Part shown: positions 1 through 10,491 of the stretch, one piece after another
How positions within the stretch are numbered: the stretch's first letter is position 1
How the letters are laid out: every line of letters starts with the position of its first letter
Source of the DNA: a bacterium
Lineage (GTDB): Bacteria > Hinthialibacterota > Hinthialibacteria > Hinthialibacterales > Hinthialibacteraceae
DNA: 64,000 bases
NCBI GenBank assembly: GCA_963662285.2
Contig: CAXXMV010000006.1
Location: 128,001 to 192,000, forward strand
Reading direction: 5' to 3'
The notes under the pieces: generated by a model
The model's database searches: none
Told to the model about the DNA's origin: nothing
What the model saw: the letters and a program-made list of their open reading frames with translations, nothing else
Position numbers and translations under genes: made by a program

Positions 1-903
1 ACTGCGGAGATGCCCAAAGGAGCCATTGGGCTTCTTGGTCCGAATGGAGCGGGTAAAAGCACCTTGCTTAAGACCATGATGGGCTTTTTAAGAGTACATA
101 ACGGCTCCATACGCGTTCTGGGCTTCGATCCGCAACGCGAAGGAGCGGAAGTCAGGCAGCGCATTGGTTATATGCCCGAAGACGACACTTACATCCCCGG
201 TATGACAGCGGTTGAGTTTGTATCTTATTGCGGCTTGTTATGCGGTCTGCCCCACAAGGAAGCCATGCTGCGCGCCCATCAATCGCTTCATTATTGTGGA
301 CTGGGCGAAGCCCGTTACCGAACTATCGACACCTACTCGACTGGCATGAGGCAGAGGATCAAACTGGCGCAAGCTCTGGTGCATGACCCGGAATTGCTTT
401 TTTTAGATGAACCAACCAATGGCCTCGACCCGCAAGGACGCAAGTCTATGCTGGATCTGATCCGGGAAATAACCCGGAACAAAAATATATCCGTCATTCT
501 TTCCAGCCATCTGCTGCATGATGTCGAAACGGTCTGCGACCAGGTATTGGTTCTATTTCAAGGCACGGTCGCCACATCCGGCCGGATTGAGGATTTAAAG
601 CGCATAGCGCAGGCAGCATACGAAATCCGCCTCAAAGGCGACGCTGATTCGTTCATTGATGCTTTGGCTCAAAGGGGCATTGATTGCCAGACCAAAAAAG
701 ACAACATGCTTCAAGTAAAAATACAAGAAGAAACCGGGACGGAGACGCTCTTCCAGGCCGCACAGGACGCAGGCGTTCAAATCCGCCACATGGCTAAAGA
801 AGAGATGACTCTTAAAGAAATATTCTCATCCGCCATTCAACAAACCAATGGCAATCAAAACGAATCCACAACCGAAATTAATCAAGTTAATAGCCAGAGC
901 TAA
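1..903 (+). CDS. ABC-2 type transporter ATP-binding protein (5' end probably outside the window)
   Basis: Walker A GPNGAGKS, signature YSTGMRQR, Walker B LFLDEP, H-loop SSH; frame is open back to base 1. Confidence 0.93.
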   Translation, partial: TAEMPKGAIGLLGPNGAGKSTLLKTMMGFLRVHNGSIRVLGFDPQREGAEVRQRIGYMPEDDTYIPGMTAVEFVSYCGLLCGLPHKEAMLRAHQSLHYCGLGEARYRTIDTYSTGMRQRIKLAQALVHDPELLFLDEPTNGLDPQGRKSMLDLIREITRNKNISVILSSHLLHDVETVCDQVLVLFQGTVATSGRIEDLKRIAQAAYEIRLKGDADSFIDALAQRGIDCQTKKDNMLQVKIQEETGTETLFQAAQDAGVQIRHMAKEEMTLKEIFSSAIQQTNGNQNESTTEINQVNSQS

Positions 904-917
904 GGAGGTCATGCATC

Positions 918-1805
918 GTGCCGGTCTATGAACAGACCTATTCGCATTACGAAGGAGAATACCGCCCCCGATCATTGGCATGGACGCTGATCGCCCGTCG
1001 GGGAATTATACAGACATGGCGCAAGAAATGGTTCCGCATCATTCTTATGTTCTGTCTAGCGCCTTTTATAATCATGACGCTGAGAATCTATCTGGCGTCA
1101 AATATGGAGTTATTAAATCTTCTCGAATTTAATACCTCCGCCGTCAAGGATATTCTCAATATTGACGAGAAATTTTATCACACATTTCTCCTTATACAGA
1201 GTTTCCCCTGTTTTTTGATGACCCTATTCACCGGGGCCGACCTGATCGCTTCCGACCGTCGGACTAAAGCGTTGACGCTTTATCTTTCAAAGCCCATAAC
1301 GCGGCTCGATTACCTGTTCGGCAAGGCTTCGATACCATGCTTTTACCTATACCTGGTCTCGATGATCCCCGGTCTGTTTCTTATGTTCTTCTATGCTTTC
1401 TTCAACGAAAACTGGATGTATCTATGGGAGAACCGCCAGATCGCCGGTCGGATCGTTTTACTTTCCCATGTTTATATTATCCCGATGATAGCCTTGATAC
1501 TGGCTATATCGTCAATGACGCGGTCGAAAGTCAGCGCCGTAGTTATGTTCTGCGTTATTTCATTCGTACCCGATACATTGGTTAATATTCTATACAATCT
1601 GGTTCAAGAGACCTGGATCAATCCGGATTACTTTTCTCTGTTTTCGTTAAACACGGTTAATCGGCAACTTGGCGCTGTATTGTTCAAGCAGGAGATACCC
1701 TACGACCTTCATTGGGGATGGTATGTTTCAGCCCTGGCAGTCCTGGTCGCCCTTTGCGGACTGATTCTTAACAAGCAAATCAGAGCGGTGGAAGTGGTGA
1801 AATAG
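918..1805 (+). CDS. ABC-2 type transporter permease
   Basis: About 6 TM segments, LYLSKPITRLDYLFGK ABC-2 motif, AGGAGG RBS before GTG. Confidence 0.88.
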   Translation: MPVYEQTYSHYEGEYRPRSLAWTLIARRGIIQTWRKKWFRIILMFCLAPFIIMTLRIYLASNMELLNLLEFNTSAVKDILNIDEKFYHTFLLIQSFPCFLMTLFTGADLIASDRRTKALTLYLSKPITRLDYLFGKASIPCFYLYLVSMIPGLFLMFFYAFFNENWMYLWENRQIAGRIVLLSHVYIIPMIALILAISSMTRSKVSAVVMFCVISFVPDTLVNILYNLVQETWINPDYFSLFSLNTVNRQLGAVLFKQEIPYDLHWGWYVSALAVLVALCGLILNKQIRAVEVVK

Positions 1806-1809
1806 AACT

Positions 1810-2730
1810 ATGGCGTATATAGAGATTAAAAACTTATCCAAATGGTATGGTCAAGTACTCGGCATAAGCGGCGTTACCGCCCGCATCGAACCGGGAGTAA
1901 CCGGGTTGCTCGGTCCAAACGGCGCCGGGAAAAGCACCCTGCTCAAAATCCTTACCGGACAGATCAAAGCTGATACCGGGGGAGCGACGATTGGCGGGAT
2001 TCCCGTCTGGAATCATATTAAATTATATGAAATCGTCGGTTTTTGCCCTGATATGGAAAAATTCTACGAACGTCTGACTGGTTTAGAGTTCCTGACCTAT
2101 ATGGCGCGGCTGCATGGCATGTCAAAATCCAAAGCGATGCAAACCGCCCGTGATACGCTGCATACCATGGGTCTGGACGATGCAGTTAATAAACGGATCG
2201 GAGCTTACAGCAAAGGGATGCGCCAGCGCGTCAAGTTCGCTCAAGCCATTATGCACGACCCGGAGGTTCTCTTTTTAGACGAACCAATGCAGGGCATGGA
2301 CCCACTGGGACGCTTGCAGACTGCCGAACTTATCCGCGATTATGGTCAAAGAGGCAAAACCGTTGTGGTCTCCAGCCATATCCTGAACGAAGTGGAAGAC
2401 ATGACCAATACCATTCTGGTTCTGAATCATGGTCAGCTGCTGGCTGAAGGCGACGTTCACGAAATTCGCGAGTTGATCGATGAACAACCGCGCCATGTGC
2501 GCATCACCACTCCTGAACGCAGAAAATTATCCAATATCCTGATCGGCTTCCCCGAAGTTCAGACTATCAGTTTCGAGGACGCTCCAGACGAATTGATGGT
2601 GCAGACCATGTCGCCGGATGCATTCTATCAAAGACTGCCCGATCTGGTAATGAAAGACAAAATTACCATAGAACAAATATCCACTTTGGATGATAACCTT
2701 GAATCAGTATTTGATTATCTGGTGAAATAA
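1810..2730 (+). CDS. ABC-2 type transporter ATP-binding protein
   Basis: GPNGAGKS, YSKGMRQR, FLDEP, SSH motifs. Confidence 0.93.
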   Translation: MAYIEIKNLSKWYGQVLGISGVTARIEPGVTGLLGPNGAGKSTLLKILTGQIKADTGGATIGGIPVWNHIKLYEIVGFCPDMEKFYERLTGLEFLTYMARLHGMSKSKAMQTARDTLHTMGLDDAVNKRIGAYSKGMRQRVKFAQAIMHDPEVLFLDEPMQGMDPLGRLQTAELIRDYGQRGKTVVVSSHILNEVEDMTNTILVLNHGQLLAEGDVHEIRELIDEQPRHVRITTPERRKLSNILIGFPEVQTISFEDAPDELMVQTMSPDAFYQRLPDLVMKDKITIEQISTLDDNLESVFDYLVK

Positions 2731-2731
2731 T

Positions 2732-3565
2732 ATGAATGTCCAAGCCCGTATCCTGTATCCCTTAACAGCGCTGGTAACTACCAATACCAAAATGTCGCTA
2801 TTCAGCCGCAAAGCGTTCTTCCCCGGCTTGATTGCCTCATTCCCCCTGGGATTGGTAATAATGTTTCGCATCTTATGGATCATCTGGGGAGCGCCGAGCG
2901 ACGATCCGGAAGCAACCGATGCTTTTTTAATCTATTCAATGTTGTGCGCCATGATGTACATGCAGTTGATTATCCCTCTACTATCTCTGCTTAAAGGCAT
3001 GGGAACCTTCACCGAAGAGATCGAAGAAGGCACGCTGATGTTTCTCCGCCTGCGGCCGGCGCCGCGCAGCATCATCATAGCGGGAAAATTCTTATCCTAC
3101 GTAATTACGACTACTGTATTATTGATAATATCGTTATGGAGCGTGTATACCATACTCAGCACCATACCCGGCGCCGGAATGTTTCTGGGAGACCTCAAAG
3201 TACTTATCAAAGACACCTGGGTGCTTGTTTTAGGGCTGGTCGCCTATGGCGCGGTTATGATGTTAATCGGCACGTATTTCAAACACCGCATTATGATCGG
3301 CGTTTTCGTGCTCTTCGTCTGGGACGCATGGGCGGCCTACATCCCCGGTTCAGCGCACAAGTTCACCATCAAATATTACATGCAATCGATTTTCCCCCAC
3401 CAGAGGGAACAGACCATAGTAGAATCACTGCTGACCAATAATCCCCCGGCCTCAATGACCGCCTCAATCATCACCCTGCTATGCATAGCCCTGGTAAGCA
3501 TATTCCTGACATCCCTGGCCTTCCAGTTCAAAGAACTAAGCAGCGGACAGGAGAATGAGAGTTAA
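2732..3565 (+). CDS. ABC-2 type transporter permease
   Basis: Multiple TM helices, EEIEEGTL..LRLRPAPR..IIAGK ABC-2 motif, last gene of the operon. Confidence 0.88.
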   Translation: MNVQARILYPLTALVTTNTKMSLFSRKAFFPGLIASFPLGLVIMFRILWIIWGAPSDDPEATDAFLIYSMLCAMMYMQLIIPLLSLLKGMGTFTEEIEEGTLMFLRLRPAPRSIIIAGKFLSYVITTTVLLIISLWSVYTILSTIPGAGMFLGDLKVLIKDTWVLVLGLVAYGAVMMLIGTYFKHRIMIGVFVLFVWDAWAAYIPGSAHKFTIKYYMQSIFPHQREQTIVESLLTNNPPASMTASIITLLCIALVSIFLTSLAFQFKELSSGQENES

Positions 3566-3604
3566 CACAGGTTTCAATCTAACACTCCTATCAACCATAA
3601 ACAC

Positions 3605-3830
3605 GGGTGCCAAGGGTAGTGTATTTTCTACCCTTGACGACAACTATATAGAAATTGAATAATTTCTATAATTATTTATCTTTTTTTATAGAATTATTGA
3701 CATATGGTTCCAACTACCCCAACTTTAAATTTAATCATAATTCTCTTTATTCAGTGAAACCTTGATTAAATTATCGAAATATAAGGGGTGAACTCAATCA
3801 AGGGCAGAAAATACACTGCCCTTGGCACCC
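3605..3830. repeat. Inverted pair of 33-bp REP-like palindromes (3605-3637 and 3798-3830) around an AT-rich spacer
   Basis: gggtgccaagggtagtgtattttctacccttga versus the reverse complement of tcaagggcagaaaatacactgcccttggcaccc: 31/33 identical, and the two differences are compensatory in the internal stem. Confidence 0.85.
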
Positions 3831-3988
3831 AATATTATCCTATATTCAGATAATTTGATTTCTCATAATCTCCCCTATTGATATTTGTGGGTAAAGATCA
3901 GCCCTCCGGAAGAGCTAGGGTGAGGGGACAAAGCGCAAAAAAACATGGATATTTTAACCACCCCAGCAGCGTGTCCCATCGTCTAATG

Positions 3989-5095
3989 CTAAAATCCCCA
4001 AAACACCTTAGACAGCAGGAACATAACATCGGGAGGATTCTGATATCCGACTGGCCCGATAAAGATAGAGTAGATGCTTACTACCCCGAAAGCGGCGCAC
4101 CACACGAACAGGATGCGGCGCAATGTTTTATCCTCAATGGGCAGACAAAACGCGGGCAGCATCATGAAATACCAGAATTGCGCCATCTGACTGGAGCGTA
4201 CCATAATAACAAAAACAATGGGCGCAACCCAGGGAATCACGCATTGGGTGCGTTTGATTCCATAGACGCAGAAAAACAGAAATCCTATCGACAAAAACAA
4301 ATGAGTATAAATCAAAGGCATCGGGAAATGCACAAAGCGGGTGGGATCATCAATTATCCAGGATAGTGGATTAACCGGCGGAACATATTGTTTTTCCATT
4401 AGATGCTGTGGATAACCGCCGAAAAAATGCGCCGCGACGCTGGGTAGAAAACTCACGACGCCCCAGCCCAATTCACAGGCCAGACGCTTGGGCTTTTTCC
4501 ACGACATGCGCTGCACAAACACCAGACCGAGAAACATGGGGAAGAGTTTGGTCTGCACAGCGATGCCAATAAGCCCATAAGCCCAGGGCTTCTTCTTCAT
4601 CAAAGCCCATAGGGCTAGCACCGTCCAAAAAATCACATAACCTTCAAACTGCCCTTCGCGTGAAGTATACCAGATGCTGATCGGATTCAACCAATAAAGC
4701 AGACCCAACCACCGGTCGCCGCTGGCTTTACCGATGATCCACGCGCCTAAAACATCGAACAAAGTTAAGATAATCTTTCCAAAAGCCAATGATGTGCTGA
4801 TGGCGGAGATTACAGAGAAGAGCAGCAGCGTCATCGGTGGATATGTATAATGGTAGTTATGCCACAGAAACTGGCAGGGCCAGGGCGAAAGATCGAACGC
4901 CGTCATATCGTAGAGCGCAAAGCCATAGATGGGGAAAGCCTTGCCGAATCCGATATTACGCATTAAATCAGTTGTATATGGGGTCAAAAGAAAGCAATAG
5001 GTCAAACGCAAGGCCAATCCTGCAACCAAAAGCGCGACGAACAATACGTCCCATGAAGACTTGAAGGTAAACAGATGGTTCTTTTTAAGGTTCAT
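3989..5095 (-). CDS. GT-C superfamily membrane glycosyltransferase (GT87/PimE-like)
   Basis: Polytopic membrane protein with YTTDL loop, YTYPP, WLNP, GQFE and QTKLFP motifs typical of GT87-like enzymes. Confidence 0.65.
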   Translation of the reverse strand: MNLKKNHLFTFKSSWDVLFVALLVAGLALRLTYCFLLTPYTTDLMRNIGFGKAFPIYGFALYDMTAFDLSPWPCQFLWHNYHYTYPPMTLLLFSVISAISTSLAFGKIILTLFDVLGAWIIGKASGDRWLGLLYWLNPISIWYTSREGQFEGYVIFWTVLALWALMKKKPWAYGLIGIAVQTKLFPMFLGLVFVQRMSWKKPKRLACELGWGVVSFLPSVAAHFFGGYPQHLMEKQYVPPVNPLSWIIDDPTRFVHFPMPLIYTHLFLSIGFLFFCVYGIKRTQCVIPWVAPIVFVIMVRSSQMAQFWYFMMLPAFCLPIEDKTLRRILFVWCAAFGVVSIYSIFIGPVGYQNPPDVMFLLSKVFWGF

Positions 5096-5104
5096 AACTC
5101 GAAA

Positions 5105-6007
5105 TTGAAATCAAAATATATATATAATACTCTTCTATTTTGCAGTATGTTTCTAATATTAAACTGGAATATGCTAACGACTCCAGCCGCATGGAGCGTT
5201 GAAGCGCTCGAACCGGAGATGATCAGCATCCCGGCAGGAATATTCATTGCCGGATCATCCGATTACGAACGCTCCATATACCGCGTCCCGCATCACGAAC
5301 CGGCGCATCATATTATCTATCTCCCCACCTACCAAATTGGACGCACTGAAGTGAGCAACAACGAATACGAGCGCTTTATCAATGACGGTGGATATGATAA
5401 CCAGGCATTCTGGTCAAAAAAGGGCTGGCAGGCGCGAACCACTAATAATTGGGTCGCTCCACGATGCTGGAACGATAAGGATTACCGGGGAACCAGAGGC
5501 GAAAATTTCCCGGTATGCGCTATCAGCTGGTATGAAGCAAACGCCTATTGCCGATGGCTTTCCAGCAAAACAGGAAAAGCCTTCCGCCTGCCCACTGAAT
5601 GGGAATGGGAAAAAGCGGCGCGGGGAACGGATGGCCGAATTTTCCCCTGGGGCGACCAATGGGATAACCAGGCCAGCAACTGGTTTGGTTATCTGGGCGA
5701 AGTGATAAAAAACAAGAAGGACGTCGATGGTTATAGAGGAGTAGCGCCGGTTGGTTCTTTTGAAAAAGGCAAAAGCCCCTGGGGTTGTTACAATATGGCG
5801 GGGAATGTGATGGAATGGTGCCAGGATGAATGGATCGATGGCGCCAACCGCTACCGGGTGCTGCGCGGCGGTTGTTTCTTTTCTAACAATCACCGCTTAA
5901 TGCGATGCGCCCGGCGCGGGGGAACCTATCCTGATATCGGCCATGTTTATTGGGGAATTATCGGCTTCCGGGTTGCTATGGATGACCAAAACGAGAAGGA
6001 AAACTGA
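5105..6007 (+). CDS. Formylglycine-generating enzyme (FGE-sulfatase/SUMF1) domain protein, probably secreted; start uncertain (5105 or 5147)
   Basis: EVSN, PVCAISWYEA, RLPTEWEWEKAARG, MAGNVMEW, RVLRGG and GFRV motifs. Confidence 0.9.
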   Translation: MKSKYIYNTLLFCSMFLILNWNMLTTPAAWSVEALEPEMISIPAGIFIAGSSDYERSIYRVPHHEPAHHIIYLPTYQIGRTEVSNNEYERFINDGGYDNQAFWSKKGWQARTTNNWVAPRCWNDKDYRGTRGENFPVCAISWYEANAYCRWLSSKTGKAFRLPTEWEWEKAARGTDGRIFPWGDQWDNQASNWFGYLGEVIKNKKDVDGYRGVAPVGSFEKGKSPWGCYNMAGNVMEWCQDEWIDGANRYRVLRGGCFFSNNHRLMRCARRGGTYPDIGHVYWGIIGFRVAMDDQNEKEN

Positions 6008-6010
6008 CTT

Positions 6011-7777
6011 GTGACCAACCAGACTTTCGAAAAAAATCTGCAATGCCTGCAAAAACGCTACCCCGACTACGCGGAAGCGGTGCGTCAGAAGGACGTCGAC
6101 CGAATCACTACCGGGATCAACCACGATTTAATCCAAAATTGGCTGCAAAAAGCATACTCTCCCAACAAGCAGCAGGCCGTACTGCTGGGATTAGCCAATG
6201 GTTACGTCATAGAACAACTTCAGCAGGTTTTTGCTCCGCATTTTTTAGTCATCATCGAAAGCGATTTCAAAAACCTTACTTCAGCCATGCATCACATAGA
6301 CCTGTCAGACGCGCTGAACGATGAATCATATCACTGGATAGTGGGCTGTCACCCCGCTCAAATCGAAGAAGCGCTGCAATACGTCAAATCGAGATTGGCG
6401 GCGCATGGATTTCAAGTTTTAAGGACGCCCACCGCCAATCAAAGCGAGATACTCTACAATGAAGCCATCCTGAAAAAGTTGCCCGAAATTATTGAGCGAG
6501 AGACCTTCAGCCTGCGCGCATTTCTGGCCCGTGGAACAGGAACCCAAAGCAACATCGCCAGCAACCTGCCCATTATTATTGATGCTTACCCGTTAGACGC
6601 CGTCATACAAAAATTCCAGAACATGCCCGCCATTATCACCGCCGCCGGGCCGTCGCTGGATAAAAACGTCGACTTACTTGCAGGTCTGGATAACCGGGCG
6701 GTATTATTGTGCGTCGATACAGCAGTTCGAACTCTGCTTCCCAAGGGAATTCATCCCCATTTCGTCGTCACGTCCGATCCGACTCCTGTAAATGCCAAAC
6801 ATTTCAATGATATAACATTGCCCGAACAAACCTTTTTCGCTTTCGCCCCCGACGCCTCTCCCAAGGCGATAGAAAAATTCAAAGACCATAGCCGTAAACT
6901 ATGCCTTTTCGATAACAGCAACTGGTTCAACGAGCATTACCGTAAGCTGATGAATCTCCACAAACTGCTTCCCCGCCCTATGCATGTAGGCGAAGCGGCT
7001 ATCCGGCTGGCCATAGCGATGGGATGTGATCCTATCATATTGGTTGGACTAGACTTAGCGCTGCCATCCAACTCACAAGCAACTCACGCCGCCGCCAGCG
7101 CCCGTGCGGCGCGCATCGTGTCCACTGATAATAACCATATCACCATAGAAGATGAAACGGGAACAACCATAAGCCATGATATAACCACGGTTCCTGGAAT
7201 CGACGGCAATCCTGTTTTAACTTATTACTCGTTCAAGATGTATCTGGATGATCTGCAAAATATTATCCAGGCAACGCCCAAAAAGTGGATTGACGCCACT
7301 GAAGGCGGCGCCTTGAAAGCGGGATGCATCAACCAGTCCCTGCAAGAAACCCTGGCTCAACTTGGGAAATCCATAGACATGGAAAAGCGCCTGCAAAGCA
7401 TGGGTAGGAGTTCAGTAGAACTAAGGCAGAACTGTATTGCATCATTTGAAACCAGCGTAAATCTGCTTAAAGAACTTGAAACAAACATGCAGAAATCCGC
7501 CGCCGGAGAATTATCCCTGGATGACGCAATGCAAACCTGGCATACATTCCTAAAAGACCCGGACATCCGCGCCCTGCTCGATCACGCCGCCTTCCCGTTT
7601 CGATTACAGCCCCACATAGACAAGATTGCGGATGACGGAAAAATGGAATTCCTGCGTCTACGAGCTGGAGAAGCCATAAATATCATCAAAATTTTTATCG
7701 CTTTATGGGATGATGGTTTACGTCAATGCAGGAATAGAAAAGACGGGTGGCAAGGGCAAGGCGAAGCCAGCCCTTGA
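6011..7777 (+). CDS. Motility-associated factor (Maf/MptE-like) glycosyltransferase family protein
   Basis: AAGPSLDKN, LCVDTA, P-H-FVVTSDP, MGCDPIILVGLDLA and IDATEGG motifs. Confidence 0.85.
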   Translation: MTNQTFEKNLQCLQKRYPDYAEAVRQKDVDRITTGINHDLIQNWLQKAYSPNKQQAVLLGLANGYVIEQLQQVFAPHFLVIIESDFKNLTSAMHHIDLSDALNDESYHWIVGCHPAQIEEALQYVKSRLAAHGFQVLRTPTANQSEILYNEAILKKLPEIIERETFSLRAFLARGTGTQSNIASNLPIIIDAYPLDAVIQKFQNMPAIITAAGPSLDKNVDLLAGLDNRAVLLCVDTAVRTLLPKGIHPHFVVTSDPTPVNAKHFNDITLPEQTFFAFAPDASPKAIEKFKDHSRKLCLFDNSNWFNEHYRKLMNLHKLLPRPMHVGEAAIRLAIAMGCDPIILVGLDLALPSNSQATHAAASARAARIVSTDNNHITIEDETGTTISHDITTVPGIDGNPVLTYYSFKMYLDDLQNIIQATPKKWIDATEGGALKAGCINQSLQETLAQLGKSIDMEKRLQSMGRSSVELRQNCIASFETSVNLLKELETNMQKSAAGELSLDDAMQTWHTFLKDPDIRALLDHAAFPFRLQPHIDKIADDGKMEFLRLRAGEAINIIKIFIALWDDGLRQCRNRKDGWQGQGEASP

Positions 7778-7865
7778 GGCATACTCAGTAACTATCGAAA
7801 TTATGCAATCGCTGATAATATAGAGGTTTACAACCGTATTAACGCATGAAATATTGAGAATTGTT

Positions 7866-8411
7866 CTAAAAATTAATTGCCTTGATTTCCAGATTGGTTA
7901 TCTCTGGAGGAAGTTCGACGAAGCGGTCTACCAAGCCAAAGGTCTGCACGATTTTACCTGCAATCGAGATGAAACCCCGTGGAATCCAGATATTTATGTT
8001 ATGACCATGATGCCCGCCTTCTTTAACATGGATTTTCAAAAATCCTTGCGAAGCGGCGCTGGATGAGGTTAAAGGTTCCACGTAAATCCTGATATTATCA
8101 TCACCGGTAATACGCACTAAATCCTCGCCGTTCATGGTTTTAAGTTCATCAGTTATCATTCCCGGCGTAAGTTCCAATTCATGGCATAATTTACGGATTT
8201 CTTTGGGCATTACATTGAATGAGGTTTTGAGTAAAGAAAGAGGGATGGATACGTGTACTTCATCCCCATGATGTTCTTTAACTTCAATAACTAATAGGGC
8301 GTCACCGAAAATAGGCGCCGAAGAGACCGCGAAGACGCCAACGCCGCACACAATCATTAATAGAAAGAGTATCAAACCAAAGCGAATTAATTTTCTGATT
8401 CTTCTCATCAT
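7866..8411 (-). CDS. Hypothetical membrane-anchored or secreted protein
   Basis: N-terminal hydrophobic segment; GGAGG RBS before ATG 8411; internal repeat VKE...V(N)I.IP. Confidence 0.6.
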   Translation of the reverse strand: MMRRIRKLIRFGLILFLLMIVCGVGVFAVSSAPIFGDALLVIEVKEHHGDEVHVSIPLSLLKTSFNVMPKEIRKLCHELELTPGMITDELKTMNGEDLVRITGDDNIRIYVEPLTSSSAASQGFLKIHVKEGGHHGHNINIWIPRGFISIAGKIVQTFGLVDRFVELPPEITNLEIKAINF

Positions 8412-8573
8412 GATAAATCCCTCCACTCATTTTTAACTGCTTATCTACTAATACGTGAGCAGGAGGTATTTATTTCAAAAACATCAGAAAATCATGTTTA
8501 AAAACGACAATATTGTTGGTTATTCTTTTGCACGGGCGCCTACTATCAACCCTCTCCTAGCCTCTCCCAATCT

Positions 8574-10393
8574 TGTATGAACCGGGCACATCCTTTACAG
8601 AATAAACCGGGCACATGGTTTACACAAGTCGATACTAAGAACCGACCAGAAGAAAGGAGTCGGTTCGATGACTTGGAAGGAAAACAGTGCCATGGATGCA
8701 AGAATGAAATTTATTGCGGATGTCCTCCGCAAAGAAGACACACTAAGCGCCTTATGCCAAGCATATGGCATTAGTAGACCAACCGGATATAAATGGATCA
8801 AGCGCTATCAGGAAGACGGTCCTGGTGGATTGGAGGAGCGATCCCGGGCGCCCCATACCCAAGCACTAGCCGTTTCTAAAGAGACCGAAAAAGAAGTGAA
8901 GGCTATGCGAAAAAAGTTTCCGCACTACGGTCCTAAAAAATTACGGGTGGAACTGAAAAAAAAGGATGCGACGAAGCACTGGCCGGCAACCAGTACGATT
9001 GGCGAGATACTAAAACGCAAAAATCTGATTGTCAGCCGCAAGCAAAAAGATCGCGCCAAACCAAGTGGTGAAGCGTTAACCGAATTCGACCAAGTGAACC
9101 GCGTATGGTGCGCGGATTTCAAAGGAGATTTTCTAACGGGAGACGAACATCGATGTTTCCCTTTAACCGTATCGGAAGGGGCTAGCCGCTATTTACTCTG
9201 CTGCCAAGGCATGCAAGAAACCAATGGCGCATTGGTACGCGTAATTTTCGAGCAGATTTTTCGCGAGTATGGTTTACCAGAAGTCATTCGAACGGATAAC
9301 GGGGCGCCCTTTGCGTCGACCGGAATCGGAGGGTTAACCAAATTATCCGTGTGGTGGATAAAACTGAGAATTTATCCAGAACGAATCCAGCCGGGTCGGC
9401 CTCAACAAAATGGCCGTCATGAGCGAATTAACCGGACCTTGAAAGCAGAGGCCATTTCTCCACCAGCGCCAACGCTGCGTGAACAACAAAAACGTTTTGA
9501 TCAATTTCAAAAAGTGTACAACGAAGAGCGGCCTCATGAGAGTTTGGGACAACGACCTCCCGCGCAGTTGTATCAACCCTCGCCGCGCGTCTATTCAGGT
9601 AAAGCGCCGAATTGGGAGTATCCAGAGACCATGCAGGTGCGCTAAGTGAAAACCCATGGTGAAATCAGTTGGCGAAGCAAGCATTGGTATTTGGGGGAAG
9701 CTTTGGGAGGTGAATTGGTGGGACTAGAGGAATTGGAAGAGAATAATTGGCGCATTAGTTTGGGTAACGTGATTCTCGGTTGGTTGAATATGTCAAAAGG
9801 TGAGGTGGTGCGTGAATTGTCTTTGAGACGCATCAATCATCCAAAAGCAATCAGTCACCCGGCAGTATGTCCCAGGTAAAAAATGAGCTAGGGAAGTATC
9901 AAGATGATGAATAATTCAGGTATTAATTTTCCTGAGATTGAATCCAGATCGTCTCTTTTTCGAGAAAATCAAAGAGCGCACGGGTGAAAAAAAAGGTGGC
10001 AATATCGGGGGCGCCGCCCCCGTACCCCCGGAGTTTTTTTAGGCATTAGCACAAACTCCAGATAGTATGCAAAAAAAAGCAAAGGGACGGTTCTAAATCC
10101 GTCCCTTTAGCGACTATCCGTCGCCCGTGCACCAGGATATCCCTTGACAGGTTGCTCTCCAGCAGAGCCTGTCTCCGTTTCTCCTGGTGATAATAACTAT
10201 CGGATAGCTCGAAATAATCTGTAGAAAAAGAAGTAAAAAAACAGTTCTAGCAAGTAAGCAATTCAGAATACGTTGATATACCTGAAAACGGATTATCTCT
10301 TTAAAAAAACAGATAAGTTGCCATAATTTTCGAGACAAAAGTGTAAACCATGTGCCCGGTCTAAAGTGTAAACTATGTGCCCGGTCATTCACA
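8574..10393 (+). mobile_element. IS481-family insertion sequence, about 1.82 kb
   Basis: TGT...ACA ends; imperfect terminal inverted repeats each with two copies of accgggcacat..tttaca; encloses an HTH + rve transposase. Confidence 0.92.
8668..9879 (+). pseudogene. IS481-family transposase interrupted by an in-frame TAA at 9643-9645
   Basis: HTH YGISRPTGYKW, WCADFKG, IRTDNG and QNGRHER DDE motifs; the frame resumes after the stop (QVR*VKTHGEISW), matching the usual IS481 C-terminus. Confidence 0.85.
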
Positions 10394-10491
10394 AGAGGGG
10401 GTTGTTTTCAGTAACTTCCGTTTTCTGATTTACGTAATAATCAATAGTTTAACTGCCGTTTTTAGGTTTATTCAACAATTTGGAGTTAATA

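Noticed and set aside
3878-4366. Short alternative-frame and antisense ORFs in the ORF track (this one and many similar)
   Set aside because: They overlap well-supported genes and have no recognisable motifs
5105-6007. FGE/C-type-lectin fold as a possible DGR target
   Set aside because: No template repeat or reverse transcriptase in the window
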